A program made the translations under genes and the position numbers. From an uncultured Gemmatimonas sp. (GTDB taxonomy: Bacteria; Latescibacterota; UBA2968; SICM01), in assembly GCA_964428665.1 (NCBI GenBank), contig CAYRZX010000002.1, forward strand, positions 4,037-68,036: 64,000 bases of DNA. The letters are read 5' to 3'. Each line of letters begins with the position of its first letter. The stretch's first letter is position 1. Shown here piece by piece: positions 8,712 through 18,652 of the stretch. The notes beneath the pieces were generated by a model, which was not told where the DNA came from, ran no database searches, and worked only from the letters and a program-made list of their open reading frames with translations.

Positions 8712-9290
8712 ATGGCATTCGAACTCATGGACGTGCGCGACCTCAAGCTCTTCCGGGACGGGGACGGGACGCTCCGGATGACCTACCGGGGGGAGGAGAG
8801 ACCCTTCAGCCGGGTCGCGCGGAACTTCCCGAAGACGAACCCCGGCCACTACATCTCCCTCCTGGACGAGGAGGGGCGCGAGATCGGCATCCTCGAAGAC
8901 CCCTCGGCCCTCGACCCCCCCTCGCAAGAGGTGATGGAGACCGCTCTCCGGGAGGTCTACTTCGTCCCCACGATCCACGCCATCCGTTCGGTCCGGGTCG
9001 AGGGGGAGGCCTCCTCCTGGGAGGTGGACACGGACGACGGCCCCAGGTCCTTCCGGGTGAAGTCGCGGGACGACATCGCCACCCACGACATCCCGACCAT
9101 CCTCGTCACCGACGCCCAGAACAAGAAGTACAGGATCGAGGACTACGACGAACTGGACCCCGACAGCAGGGTCCAGATCAACGACCTCCTGCCCCGGGAG
9201 GTGGTCCGCCTCGGCAAGACCTACCGGAGCATGGCCCGGATGCAGCGGGGAGGGGGCGGCTTCGGAGGGGGCGGCTTCGGCAGATTATAA
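8712..9290 (+). CDS. DUF1854-like protein with a Gly-rich C-terminal tail
   Basis: ATG preceded by GGAGG. The pattern ISLLDEEGREIGILEDPSALDPPSQEVMETALREVYFVPTIHAIRSV..WEVDTDDGPRSFRV resembles DUF1854 as I remember it. Ends in GGGGFGGGGFGRL. The family call needs an HMM check. Confidence 0.5.
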   Translation: MAFELMDVRDLKLFRDGDGTLRMTYRGEERPFSRVARNFPKTNPGHYISLLDEEGREIGILEDPSALDPPSQEVMETALREVYFVPTIHAIRSVRVEGEASSWEVDTDDGPRSFRVKSRDDIATHDIPTILVTDAQNKKYRIEDYDELDPDSRVQINDLLPREVVRLGKTYRSMARMQRGGGGFGGGGFGRL

Positions 9291-9293
9291 AGC

Positions 9294-9321
9294 TTGACGA
9301 GGTCCTGAAATTCATTATATT
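9294..9321 (+). promoter_or_regulatory. Candidate sigma70-type promoter (TTGACG-N16-TATATT) upstream of nuoB
   Basis: TTGACG at 9294-9299 and TATATT at 9316-9321, in an AT-rich gap. AGGGAGG lies 5 nt before the ATG at 9368. Confidence 0.45.
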
Positions 9322-9367
9322 TACTCCGCTTACAGGGTTCTTCCAGGCTTAAAAACAGGGAGGTTCT

Positions 9368-9865
<498 letters not shown>

Positions 9866-9976
9866 AAGCAGTCCTGAGCAATGAGTGCTGAGCAATGAGG
9901 AAAAGTCTTCCTCCTCACTGCTCGTCGCTCATTGCTGCTTTTCACTCAGCATTCAGCACTCAGCACTCGGCACTGT
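9866..9976. repeat. Imperfect hairpin plus tandem heptamers (TCAGCAC units) between nuoB and cysE
   Basis: aaaagcag..tgagcaatgag tgctgagcaatgagg faces cctcctcactgctcgtcgctcattgctgctttt. It is followed by tcagcat tcagcac tcagcac tcggcac. Confidence 0.75.
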
Positions 9977-9979
9977 CTT

Positions 9980-11017
9980 ATGCATACCTCCATCGACGCC
10001 CTCTCCCGCGTCTCCTCGGAGATCGTCGGGACCTACCAGAAGTACGGCGGCATCAACCGGATCGACGCCGAGAATCTCCCCTCCCACGACCGGGTCACCG
10101 AGGTCCTCCAGGACCTGCTGACCCTCCTCTTTCCGGGCTATGTCGGCCTCGAAATCCCCACCTGGCAGGACATCTCCTTCTTCGTCAACGGCCTGGTCAA
10201 TTCGATCTACCTGCGGCTGCGGGAGGAGATCACCCGGAGCCTGAACGACCCGCGAGAGGCCGCCCATCGGAGGAAGAGATGCGAGGAGATGGGGGAGGAG
10301 TTCGCCCTCGCCCTCCTGAAGAAGATCCCGGACATCCGCGCAACGCTCCAGATGGACGTGCAGGCGGCCTACGACGGCGACCCGGCGGCCCGGAGCCACG
10401 ACGAGATCATCCTCAGCTACCCCGGCGTCCTGGCCGTGGCCACCTACCGCCTCGCCCACGAACTCTACAGGCTGGAGGTCCCGCTCATCCCCCGGATCAT
10501 GACGGAGTGGGCGCACAGCAAGACGGGCATCGACATCCACCCCGGGGCCACCGTCGGCCGGCGCTTCTTCATCGACCACGGCACGGGGGTGGTGATCGGG
10601 GAGACCACGGAGATCGGGGATGACGTGAAGGTCTACCAGGGCGTCACCCTGGGGGCCCTGAGCTTCCCCAAGACCCCGGACGGGCAGGTGATCAAGGGGG
10701 GCAAGCGCCATCCGACGATAGAGGACGGGGTGACGATCTACGCCGGGGCGTCCATCTTTGGCGGGCGCACGGTGATCGGCAGGGGGTCCGTCATCGGGGC
10801 CAACGCCAGCGTGATCCCCCGATCCTGGGACATCCCCGTTGTGATCGGCCAGGGGTGCGCCATCGGCCCCAACGCCACGGTGATGGAGTCCGTCCCGCCC
10901 GCCACGCGGGTGACGATCCGGGTGGATCAGGAGGTCACGGAGCGCAAATCGCGCGCACAGGGCCTGCGTCCGCAACAGGAGATGGCCACGCGAAAGGCCA
11001 GAGCATCTTCAACTTAG
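9980..11017 (+). CDS. cysE: Serine O-acetyltransferase (long EpsC/CysE type) with extra C-terminal hexapeptide repeats
   Basis: In-frame ATG at 9980; the track ORF starts inside the repeat at 9932. Core is [47 protein letters not shown]. The N-terminal LLFPGY region is typical of the EpsC-type enzyme. Confidence 0.85.
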   Translation: MHTSIDALSRVSSEIVGTYQKYGGINRIDAENLPSHDRVTEVLQDLLTLLFPGYVGLEIPTWQDISFFVNGLVNSIYLRLREEITRSLNDPREAAHRRKRCEEMGEEFALALLKKIPDIRATLQMDVQAAYDGDPAARSHDEIILSYPGVLAVATYRLAHELYRLEVPLIPRIMTEWAHSKTGIDIHPGATVGRRFFIDHGTGVVIGETTEIGDDVKVYQGVTLGALSFPKTPDGQVIKGGKRHPTIEDGVTIYAGASIFGGRTVIGRGSVIGANASVIPRSWDIPVVIGQGCAIGPNATVMESVPPATRVTIRVDQEVTERKSRAQGLRPQQEMATRKARASST

Positions 11018-11027
11018 GAGGAAGATC

Positions 11028-11513
11028 ATGGGGCTGGTCGAGGGGCGATTCAAGGACAACGTCATCGTCACATCGGCGGACTACTTCATCAACTGGGCGC
11101 GGCTCTCGTCGATATGGCCGATGGGCTTCGGCCTGGCCTGTTGCGCCATCGAGATGATGGCCACCGGGGCGTCGCGCTACGACCTGGACCGCCTGGGGGT
11201 CATCTTCCGGCCCTCCCCCCGGCAGTCCGACCTGATGATCGTGGCCGGGACGGTCACCCTGAAGATGGCCACCCGCCTCAAGCGCCTCTACGAGCAGATG
11301 CCGGAGCCGAAATACGTCCTGGCGATGGGGTGCTGCGCCACCTCGGGCGGGCCCTACTGGCAGTACGGCTACCACGTCTTGAAGGGCGTGGACCGCGTCG
11401 TGCCCGTGGACGTCTACGTGCCCGGCTGTCCCCCCCGCCCCGAATCCCTGATGGAGGGGATCATTAAGCTCCAGGAGAAGATCCGTCAGAAGACCATCGC
11501 GAAAAGGGCATAA
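11028..11513 (+). CDS. nuoB: NADH-quinone oxidoreductase subunit B, copy 2 (diverged paralog)
   Basis: AGGAGG lies upstream. Motifs [35 protein letters not shown] and VPGCPPRPE. The protein clearly differs from copy 1, so this is not an assembly duplicate. Confidence 0.9.
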   Translation: MGLVEGRFKDNVIVTSADYFINWARLSSIWPMGFGLACCAIEMMATGASRYDLDRLGVIFRPSPRQSDLMIVAGTVTLKMATRLKRLYEQMPEPKYVLAMGCCATSGGPYWQYGYHVLKGVDRVVPVDVYVPGCPPRPESLMEGIIKLQEKIRQKTIAKRA

Positions 11514-11516
11514 GAC

Positions 11517-12041
11517 ATGCGCGAATACTTTAGCAACATCTTTGAGGGCATCTGGACGGTGCTGGTGGGCATGAAGATCACGCTGAAGCATCTGTTCGTC
11601 CCCTCCATCACCCTCCAGTATCCGCTCGTCAAATGGGAGATGCCGGAGCGGTCGCGCAACCGGCTGTTCAACGACATCGACGACTGCATCGGGTGCGACC
11701 AGTGCGCGCGAGTCTGTCCGGTGGACTGCATCACCATCGTCTGCGAGAAGGCCGGGCCGGGCGAGGACCTGGGCCTCACCTCCAAGGGCACCAAGAAGCG
11801 CCTGAAGGTGAAGGTGTTCGACATCGACATGTCCCTCTGCTGTTACTGCGGCCTCTGCACCTACCCCTGCCCCACGGAGTGCCTGGTGATGACCCCGTCC
11901 TACGAGTTTTCAGTCTACGACCGGAAGGACCTGGTCTACCACTACGCCCGCCCGGAGGTCGCGGAGAAGACGCCGGACAGAGGGACGCTGATCCCGGCCG
12001 GCCAGACCCTCTGGACCGACAAGCCCGAGGTGCCGGCCTGA
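11517..12041 (+). CDS. nuoI: NuoI-like 2x[4Fe-4S] ferredoxin subunit
   Basis: Motifs CIGCDQCARVCP and CCYCGLCTYPCP. NuoI-type N-terminus FEGIWTVLVGMKITLKHLF..TLQYP. There is an unusually long insert between the two cluster motifs. Confidence 0.8.
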   Translation: MREYFSNIFEGIWTVLVGMKITLKHLFVPSITLQYPLVKWEMPERSRNRLFNDIDDCIGCDQCARVCPVDCITIVCEKAGPGEDLGLTSKGTKKRLKVKVFDIDMSLCCYCGLCTYPCPTECLVMTPSYEFSVYDRKDLVYHYARPEVAEKTPDRGTLIPAGQTLWTDKPEVPA

Positions 12042-12061
12042 GGCAAATATTACGCCTGCAA

Positions 12062-12101
12062 AACAGGCCCTGACGCTTGCAGCGTCAGGGCCTGTTGTTT
12101 T
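12062..12101. terminator. Bidirectional intrinsic terminator between the convergent nuoI and rluD genes
   Basis: Perfect 15-bp stem AACAGGCCCTGACGC (12062-12076) / GCGTCAGGGCCTGTT (12082-12096) with a 5-nt loop. TTTT follows on the plus strand and an A-run lies upstream. Confidence 0.85.
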
Positions 12102-12120
12102 GGGCTATCGCCTTTCGCCT

Positions 12121-13083
12121 TTATCTGAGCGCCTCCTCCAGCGCCCGCATGTCCTCCGGCAGCTCCGACGAGAACCGGAGGCGCTCCCCGGTGATCGGGT
12201 GCGCGAAACCGAGCGTCTGCGCGTGGAGGGCCTGCCGGGAGATCAGGCCGAGCAGCCGGCGGGCCTCCCCCCGGAACTCCGGCGCCATCCCGGACACCCG
12301 CTTCTCCCTCCCCCCGTACGTCGGATCGCCGAACACCGGATGCCCTGCGTGGGCCAGGTGGACGCGGACCTGGTGCGTGCGCCCCGTCTCCAGCCGCACG
12401 GACAGCCGCGACAGGAAATCGTAGCGCCCCTCCACCCAAAACCGGGTCGCCGCGTGCCGGGAGCCGCCCCTCCCTGTCACCGCCATCCGCCTCCGGTCCC
12501 CCGAGTGCCGGCCGATCGGCGCCTCGATCCGGCCGGCCTCCTCCCGAAAATGCCCCCACACGAACGCGATGTACAGGCGCTCGACCGTCCTGGCCTGGAG
12601 CTGCTCGGCCAGGCCCCGGTGGGTCGCGTCGTCCTTGGCCACGACCAGCAGCCCCGACGTGTCCTTGTCCAGACGGTGCACGATGCCGGGGCGCAGGACG
12701 CCGTTGATCCCGGACAGGCGCTTGCAGTGGTGCAGCAGGGCGTTGACCAGCGTCCCGGATCGGATGCCCGCCGCCGGATGCGCCGCCATCCCGGGGGACT
12801 TGTTGACGATCAGGAGATGGTCGTCCTCAAACCGGATGTCGAGCGGGAGGGCCTGGGGGAGCAGGGGGGAGGGCGCCGGGTCGGGGATGAGGAGGGCGAT
12901 CCGATCCCCGGCCTTCACCTTGCGGCTCGGACGGGGGGGCCTGCCGTCCACCGTCACGCAGCCGTCTTCGATCAGGCGCTGGATGCGGGAGCGCGAAAAG
13001 GTGGGGTCCGATAGGGACAGGAAGAGGTCGAGACGGAGGGGAGAGGTGTCCGGGGGGACGAGGATGTCGATCCGACGGGCCAT
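12121..13083 (-). CDS. rluD: RluA-family 23S rRNA pseudouridine synthase (RluD-like, with S4 domain)
   Basis: Motifs HRLDKDTSGLLVVAK, HQVRVHLAH.GHPV.GD and an N-terminal S4-like RLDLFL..SRSRIQRLI. Confidence 0.9.
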   Translation of the reverse strand: MARRIDILVPPDTSPLRLDLFLSLSDPTFSRSRIQRLIEDGCVTVDGRPPRPSRKVKAGDRIALLIPDPAPSPLLPQALPLDIRFEDDHLLIVNKSPGMAAHPAAGIRSGTLVNALLHHCKRLSGINGVLRPGIVHRLDKDTSGLLVVAKDDATHRGLAEQLQARTVERLYIAFVWGHFREEAGRIEAPIGRHSGDRRRMAVTGRGGSRHAATRFWVEGRYDFLSRLSVRLETGRTHQVRVHLAHAGHPVFGDPTYGGREKRVSGMAPEFRGEARRLLGLISRQALHAQTLGFAHPITGERLRFSSELPEDMRALEEALR

Positions 13084-13089
13084 GGCCTG

Positions 13090-13629
13090 TCAGCCTGAGT
13101 CTGAGCCCTGGGCCTGTGACCCTGGACTCTGGGCCTGTGACTCGTGACTCTTAAAGAGATAGGCCGTCACCAGCGCCAGCACCCCGACTGTCACAAACGC
13201 GTCGGCGACGTTGAAGATGTACCAGCGAAATTTCCCGACCCCCAGGTCCAGAAAGTCGATGACCTCCCCGATGCGAACCCGGTCGATCATGTTGCCCACG
13301 GCCCCCCCCAGGATCATCGAAAGCCCCACGTGCGCCCGGCGCTCCTCGGCGGGGGTCTTCCTGAGCACGGCGACGACCAGGCCCAGGGCCAGCAGGGACA
13401 GGGTCAAATGGAGCGATCGGCCCCCGAACGTCAACCCGAAGACCGCGCCCGGGTTGTGGATATAAGTCAACCGGATCAGGTCCCCCACCACCGGGAGCGA
13501 CTCCCCCCGCTGCATCCAGCCGGTGACGGCGATCTTGGACCCCTGATCCAGGGCCAGAGCGAGTAGCGCGATCCAGATCTTCAAACCCTTCGTTTCTTCC
13601 TGTCCTCTTCGGACTTGCACACCACGCAC
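13090..13629 (-). CDS. lspA: Lipoprotein signal peptidase II
   Basis: Motifs LDQGSK, NPGAVFG and FNVADAFVTVGV. The longest ORF starts at GTG 13629. A TTG at 13584, forming a TTGA overlap with the upstream stop and giving MKIWIALLALALDQ, is a likely true start. The C-terminal tail SHESQAQSPGSQAQGSDSG is encoded by a short-period repeat. Confidence 0.85.
   Translation of the reverse strand: MRGVQVRRGQEETKGLKIWIALLALALDQGSKIAVTGWMQRGESLPVVGDLIRLTYIHNPGAVFGLTFGGRSLHLTLSLLALGLVVAVLRKTPAEERRAHVGLSMILGGAVGNMIDRVRIGEVIDFLDLGVGKFRWYIFNVADAFVTVGVLALVTAYLFKSHESQAQSPGSQAQGSDSG
13093..13150. repeat. Short-period (about 7 nt) repeat tract forming the lspA 3' end
   Basis: cctgagt ctgagcc ctgggcc tgtgacc ctggact ctgggcc tgtgact cgtgact. 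Confidence 0.7.
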
Positions 13630-13961
13630 ATCGTCGCGTTGGGCACCGCCTCCAGCCGCTCCTTCGAGATCTCTCCCCCGCAGGCCCGGCAGACGCCGAA
13701 CGTCCCGTCCACGATCCGCTCCAGGGCCTTGTCCAGATGCCCCACATAGGCCCCGTCGCGGGAGGCGAACATGAACGCCTTCTCCCGTTCCATGGCGTCC
13801 GACCCCAGATCGGGCATGTGGTCAGAATAAGAAGATCCCCCCGACGACTCCGAGGCCGTGGCGCTCATCGACTGCTCTTCGATCTGCCCCAGGTCCTTGA
13901 GCAGTTCTGCCCGCTTCTTGAGGATCAAATCCTTGAAATAGGCCAGCTCCTGATGCGTCAT
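13581..13961 (-). CDS. DksA/TraR-family C4 zinc-finger protein
   Basis: ATG at 13961 preceded by GGAGGGAG; the track ORF starts at a TTG at 14006. C-terminal CRACGGEISKERLEAVPNATMCVVC four-Cys finger. Confidence 0.8.
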   Translation of the reverse strand: MTHQELAYFKDLILKKRAELLKDLGQIEEQSMSATASESSGGSSYSDHMPDLGSDAMEREKAFMFASRDGAYVGHLDKALERIVDGTFGVCRACGGEISKERLEAVPNATMCVVCKSEEDRKKRRV

Positions 13962-14018
13962 GAATGCTTCACTCCCTCCATCACCGTGATATTCAGCAAT
14001 CCGCAATCATAAAACGGA

Positions 14019-14070
14019 CCTTTCGCGTTCTTGTTTCGCGTCCTTCGTCCCTTTCGCGCTTTTCGCGTTC
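14019..14070. repeat. TTTCGCG-type short tandem repeat tract between ileS and dksA-like
   Basis: cctttcgcgttcttgtttcgcgtccttcgtccctttcgcgcttttcgcgttcc. Confidence 0.65.
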
Positions 14071-14074
14071 CCCC

Positions 14075-17000
14075 TCACGCCCGGCGCAGCGCGAGGGTCG
14101 CCTCTTCCCCGTTGATCAGGCATCGCTCCCCTTCTGCCAGCTCCTCTTCCACGTCGAGCGACAGGCAGAGCGTCTCGGCCTTGATATAGCCCTCAAAACG
14201 CCCCACCGCCCGCCTCAGACGGTCGCTCAGGGCGCAGCGAATATGGATGCGATCCGAGACCTCAAACCCGCTCTCCTTCCTCAGGTTCTGCACCTTGTGG
14301 ACGAACTCCCGCGCAAACCCCTCGTCCTCCAGGTCCTCCGTCAGACGGGTGTCTAAGGCCACCACGATCCCCCCCTCCTCGGCCACGGCCAGCCCCTCCG
14401 CCGCCCTCGTCTCCACCACCACATCCTCCGCCGTCAGGCCCACCGTCCGCCCGTCCACCGTCACCTCGACGACCTCCCCCCGCCCGACCCGGGCCGCCAC
14501 CGTCCCCGCGTCCATCCCCTCCAGCGCCTGCTTCAGCCGGGGCGCCAGCCTGCCGTGCTTCTTGCCCACCGTCCCGAAGTTGAGCTTGACCGTGTGATCC
14601 ACCAGGGTCGACCGGTCCTCCGCCAGCCGGAGCCCCTTGACGTTCAGCTCCTGAAGAATGAGCGGACGCAGCCGCTCCAGCCCCGCGCAACGGATAGACA
14701 ATTCGTTGCCGTCGCCGTTCCCCATCACCACCACCATCTCCGCCAGCGGCTGCCGGACCTTCAGCCCGGACGCCGTGCGCGCCGCCCGGCCCAGGCTGAC
14801 CAGGAGGATGGCGGTCTCCATCTCCGCCATCAGCCCCTCGTCGATCAACCCCTCCTGGACCTCCGGGAAGTCGCACAGGTGGACGCTCTCCGGGGCCGTG
14901 GGATCGACCGACCGGACCAGGTTCTGATACATCTCCTCCGACAGGAACGGCAGGATCGGGGCCAGCAGGCGGCAGAGCGTCACCAGCGTCTCGTGCAGCG
15001 TGAGATACGCCGCCGCCTTGTCGCTGTCGCTGTCGCTCTTCCAGAACCGCCGCCGGTTGAGCCGGACGTACCAGTTGGACAGGTCGTCGAAGAACCGCTC
15101 CACCGCCCTGACGGCCGGAGGCAGGTCGTACCGGTCCAGCGCCCCCCGCGCCTCCCGGACCAGCGCCTGCAGCCGGGACAGTAGCCACCGGTCCATCAGC
15201 GGCCGCTCGACCTCGCGACTCAGCTTCGTCGGGTCGATGCCGTCCAGAACGGCGTACTGCACGAAGAAGTTGTAGGTGTTCCAGAGCGTCAGGAACCGCC
15301 GCTTGACCTCCGACGCAGGGCCGTACCCGAAGTTGAGGTTCGCGGAGAGGTTCTGGTCCGCGAACAGCCAGCGCATCGGCTCCGCCCCCATCCGCTCCAC
15401 GGCCTCGTCGAACCAGATGGCGTTCCCCGCGCTCTTGTGCATCGGCCGCCCCTGCTCGTCGTTCATCTTCTCGTAGGTCAGCACGGCCCGGTAGGGCGAC
15501 CGGCCCTCCATGGTCACGCTCATGAACAGCATGGAATAGAACCAGAGCCGGATCTGCTCCCGCATCTCCGTGATGAAGTCCGCAGGAAACCACCTCTCCC
15601 ACGCGCGCCGGTCCCCGCCCATGTAGCCCAGCGTCGAGAACGGCACGATCCCCGCGTCCAGCCAGCAGTCCCCCACCTCCGGGATGCGCCGCGCCACCTT
15701 CCCCGAAGGCGTCCGGACCTCGACCCCGTCGATCCAGGGCCGGTGGAGCTCCGGCAGGGCGTCCACAGCCGCCGGGTCCACCGCCCGCTCCCACAGCTCC
15801 GCCCGGGACCCGACGATGAACAGCTCCCCGTCCTCCGTCTCGTAGAACGGCAGCGGCAGCCCCCAGTAGCGCTTCCGGGAGATGCACCAGTCCCCCATGT
15901 TGTTCAGCCAGTCCTCCATCCGCTTCCCCGAGTGCTCCGGGATCCAGCGGACCGACCGCGCTGCCTCGACCATCAGCGGACGGACCTCCTCGCAGGAGAT
16001 AAACCACTCGTCCACCAGACGAAACACCAGCTCTTCCTTGCACCGCCAGCACCGGGGGTAGCGGTGCGTGTAGTCCTCCAGGTGGTAGAGGTAGCCCTTC
16101 CTCCGCAGGTCCTCGAAGATCATCGGCGCGACCTCGAAGGCGCTCCTCTGCGTCAGCGGGCCGAACCCCTCGACGTAGATGCCGTTCTCGTCGATCGGGA
16201 CGATGGCCGGCAGGCCGTGCGCCCTGCTCAGCTCGTAGTCCTCGGCCCCGCACCCCGGCGCGATGTGGACGACCCCGGTCCCCTCCGCCTCCCCCACCTG
16301 GTCCCACGGGATGATCCGGTGCGCCACGCCCCGCTGCGCCGGCAGGTCGTCGAACGGCCCGTCATAGGTCAGCCCCACCAGCCCTCGCCCCTTCTCCGTC
16401 CCGATCACCTCATAAGCCCCCTGAAGCTTGGAGACCGTCCCCCTCGAAATGTAGAGCGTATCCCCGCCCTGCCGCACCTTCGCATAATCCAGGTCCGGGT
16501 GGACGGCCAGGGCCACGTTCGCCGTCAGCGTCCAGGGCGTCGTGGTCCAGACCAGCATGAACTCCCCCCTCCGCTCCCGGATCGGCAGCCTCAGGTAGAC
16601 CGAGCGGTGCGTCATCTCCGTGTAGGAGTCGATCAGCTCATGCTGCGAGAGCGACGTGCCGCACCGGGCGCACCAGGGCATGGAGCGATGCCCCTTGTAG
16701 AGCCACCCCTTCTCGTGACACCTCTTCAGGAAACGCCAGATATGTTCGATGTTGTCGTCCGACATCGTGTAATAGGAGTTCTCCCAGTCCATCCACTGCC
16801 CGAGGCGCCGGCTGGCCTCGACCACGGCGTTCGCGCAGAGGTCGACCCGCTCCCGGCACTTCCGCGAGAAGTTGTCCAGGCCATACTCCGAGATGTCTTT
16901 CTTGGAGTTCAGGCCGAGGTCCTTCTCCACCTCCACCTCCACCCAGAGGCCCTGGCAGTCGAACCCGTTCTGATAGCGCTGGTCATAGCCCAGCATCGCC

Positions 17001-17218
17001 CGGTAACGCTGGAAGATGTCCTTGTAGGTCCGGCCCCAGGCGTGATGCACCCCCATCCCGCGCGGGTTGTTCGCCGTGATCGGCCCGTCGATGAACGAGA
17101 ACGTCGCGCGCCCCGCGTTCTTCCGGCGCAGCTTGTTGAACGCGTCGATCTCGTCCCAGAACCTCAGGACCCGCCTCTCCATCTCCGGGAAATCCAGTTC
17201 GCCGACTTCTTTAAACAT
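14075..17218 (-). CDS. ileS: Isoleucine--tRNA ligase (type 2)
   Basis: 1047 aa with N-terminus FPEMERRVLRFWDEIDAFNK..FSFIDGPITANNPRGMGVHHAWGRTYKD and a KMSKS-like region (MHKSAGN). The long ORFs 14262..16307(-) and 15437..17716(+) are shadows of it. Confidence 0.95.
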   Translation of the reverse strand: MFKEVGELDFPEMERRVLRFWDEIDAFNKLRRKNAGRATFSFIDGPITANNPRGMGVHHAWGRTYKDIFQRYRAMLGYDQRYQNGFDCQGLWVEVEVEKDLGLNSKKDISEYGLDNFSRKCRERVDLCANAVVEASRRLGQWMDWENSYYTMSDDNIEHIWRFLKRCHEKGWLYKGHRSMPWCARCGTSLSQHELIDSYTEMTHRSVYLRLPIRERRGEFMLVWTTTPWTLTANVALAVHPDLDYAKVRQGGDTLYISRGTVSKLQGAYEVIGTEKGRGLVGLTYDGPFDDLPAQRGVAHRIIPWDQVGEAEGTGVVHIAPGCGAEDYELSRAHGLPAIVPIDENGIYVEGFGPLTQRSAFEVAPMIFEDLRRKGYLYHLEDYTHRYPRCWRCKEELVFRLVDEWFISCEEVRPLMVEAARSVRWIPEHSGKRMEDWLNNMGDWCISRKRYWGLPLPFYETEDGELFIVGSRAELWERAVDPAAVDALPELHRPWIDGVEVRTPSGKVARRIPEVGDCWLDAGIVPFSTLGYMGGDRRAWERWFPADFITEMREQIRLWFYSMLFMSVTMEGRSPYRAVLTYEKMNDEQGRPMHKSAGNAIWFDEAVERMGAEPMRWLFADQNLSANLNFGYGPASEVKRRFLTLWNTYNFFVQYAVLDGIDPTKLSREVERPLMDRWLLSRLQALVREARGALDRYDLPPAVRAVERFFDDLSNWYVRLNRRRFWKSDSDSDKAAAYLTLHETLVTLCRLLAPILPFLSEEMYQNLVRSVDPTAPESVHLCDFPEVQEGLIDEGLMAEMETAILLVSLGRAARTASGLKVRQPLAEMVVVMGNGDGNELSIRCAGLERLRPLILQELNVKGLRLAEDRSTLVDHTVKLNFGTVGKKHGRLAPRLKQALEGMDAGTVAARVGRGEVVEVTVDGRTVGLTAEDVVVETRAAEGLAVAEEGGIVVALDTRLTEDLEDEGFAREFVHKVQNLRKESGFEVSDRIHIRCALSDRLRRAVGRFEGYIKAETLCLSLDVEEELAEGERCLINGEEATLALRRA

Positions 17219-17296
17219 GATCTGCTTTGCTCCGTTGAGACCCTTTCTTATCCCTGTGCTTTCTCTGCGATTTCCGTGGTCTCTGCGGTAAATGGG

Positions 17297-17782
17297 TTAT
17301 TCCGTCAATACACTCACGCAACTCCCGCAATAGTCCCCTTCGGTATGTTCATCGCACACCGGCGTGCCGCACGTGGCGCAGAACCGCTCCGCCGCCTCCC
17401 TGCACGGGACGTACTGGCAGACCACGCCCACCGGGGAGACGGCCCGGATGCAGTCCTTGCAGTAATCGCCTTCGGCATAAAGAATGCACACGGGGAGACG
17501 GCACTCCGCGCACGAGACACACGCGGCGCACTCACGGCCATCATATCGGCAGATTTTTTCTTTTTCTACACCCTGATCGGCGCCTCTATCAGGCCCCATA
17601 AACGACGAACTCGTCGCGTCCTCGTCGCCCTGCCGGAGCGGCCTCGCCCTCAGGACGCAATAGACCTGGTAGCCGATCACCGACAGAAAGGCCGTCGCCA
17701 GGAGCAGGGACCCTAAAAGCGCGATCACCAGCGCCTCCACCGCCGGCGCGTCCCCGGACGCGATGAGGACTTGAGAAGGCAT
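17297..17782 (-). CDS. Membrane-anchored Cys-rich protein with two B-box-like zinc-finger repeats
   Basis: One N-terminal TM segment followed by RARPLR, which places the C-terminus inside. Many cysteines in the last ~85 aa fall in two similar units, CAECRLPVC..AEGDYCKDC and CATCGTPVC..TEGDYCGSC. I recognise no family. Confidence 0.6.
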   Translation of the reverse strand: MPSQVLIASGDAPAVEALVIALLGSLLLATAFLSVIGYQVYCVLRARPLRQGDEDATSSSFMGPDRGADQGVEKEKICRYDGRECAACVSCAECRLPVCILYAEGDYCKDCIRAVSPVGVVCQYVPCREAAERFCATCGTPVCDEHTEGDYCGSCVSVLTE

Positions 17783-17806
17783 AAGATTAAAATGGGGTGA
17801 GGAGGT

Positions 17807-18628
17807 CTACATCTCTTCCACGACACGCTTCATGATCCGCGTCAGCTTCGGCTCCGCCTCGTTCGCCGTCCGGATGATGTGCGCGATGTCCGCCGGCTTC
17901 AGCGCGTCCGGAAAGCACTCGTCCGTCACCACCGACAGCCCCAGCACGCGCATGCCCGCGTGCACGGCCACGATCACCTCCGGCACGGTGGACATGCCCA
18001 CCACGTCCGCCCCGATGCCCCGCAGGAACCGGTATTCCGCCCGCGTCTCTAAGTTCGGCCCCGTCACCGCCACGTAGACCCCCTTCTGAAGGCGGACCTT
18101 CTCCTCCAGCGCCACCCGCTCGGCCAGCGCGATCAACCCCCGGTCGTAGGGCGCGGACATGTCCGGGAACCTCGGCCCCAGCGCGTCATCGTTGACCCCG
18201 ATCAGCGGGTTGTCCCCCTGCAGGTTGATGTGGTCCTCGATGACCATCAGGTCCCCCGCCCGGTAGTTCGGGTTCATCCCCCCGCAGGCGTTGGACACCA
18301 GCAGCGCCTTTGCCCCTATGGACCGCACGACGCGCACCGGGAACGTGATCTGGCGCATCGAGTAGCCTTCATAGTAGTGAAACCGGCCCTGCATGGCGAC
18401 CACGGCCTTGCCGCCCAGCCGCCCCAGGAGCAGCCGGCCCGCGTGCGTCTCCACCGTCGAGACCGGAAAGTGGGGCAGGTCCGTGTAAGGGACCTGCGTC
18501 TCCACGGCGATCTCCCTGGCCAGCCCGCCCAGCCCGGTCCCCAGGATGATCCCCACCTCCGGCTCCAGCCCTGTCCGCTGGCGGATGGCCGCGACCGTCT
18601 CCCGAACCTGCGCCTGCAACTCGCTCAC
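17807..18628 (-). CDS. punA: Purine nucleoside phosphorylase (PNP/MTAP family, PunA type)
   Basis: GTG start with AAGGAGA upstream. Motifs IILGTGLGGLA, HAGRLLLGRLGGKAVVAMQGRFHYYEGY and GADVVGMSTVPE. Confidence 0.88.
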   Translation of the reverse strand: MSELQAQVRETVAAIRQRTGLEPEVGIILGTGLGGLAREIAVETQVPYTDLPHFPVSTVETHAGRLLLGRLGGKAVVAMQGRFHYYEGYSMRQITFPVRVVRSIGAKALLVSNACGGMNPNYRAGDLMVIEDHINLQGDNPLIGVNDDALGPRFPDMSAPYDRGLIALAERVALEEKVRLQKGVYVAVTGPNLETRAEYRFLRGIGADVVGMSTVPEVIVAVHAGMRVLGLSVVTDECFPDALKPADIAHIIRTANEAEPKLTRIMKRVVEEM

Positions 18629-18652
18629 GTGCCTGTGTCTCCTTGCAAATCC

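Noticed and set aside
14262-17716. Very long ORFs in the track opposite to or out of frame with ileS (14262..16307 minus, 15437..17716 plus). The same pattern appears at 23525..25960(-), 25994..27412(-), 45904..47589(-), 48160..49731(-), 60305..61966(-), 5724..7520(+) and 41720..42940(-).
   Set aside because: Their translations are monotonous R/G/P/A/H-rich strings with no motifs. They overlap genes with clear family signatures. They are typical stop-poor shadow frames of GC-rich DNA.
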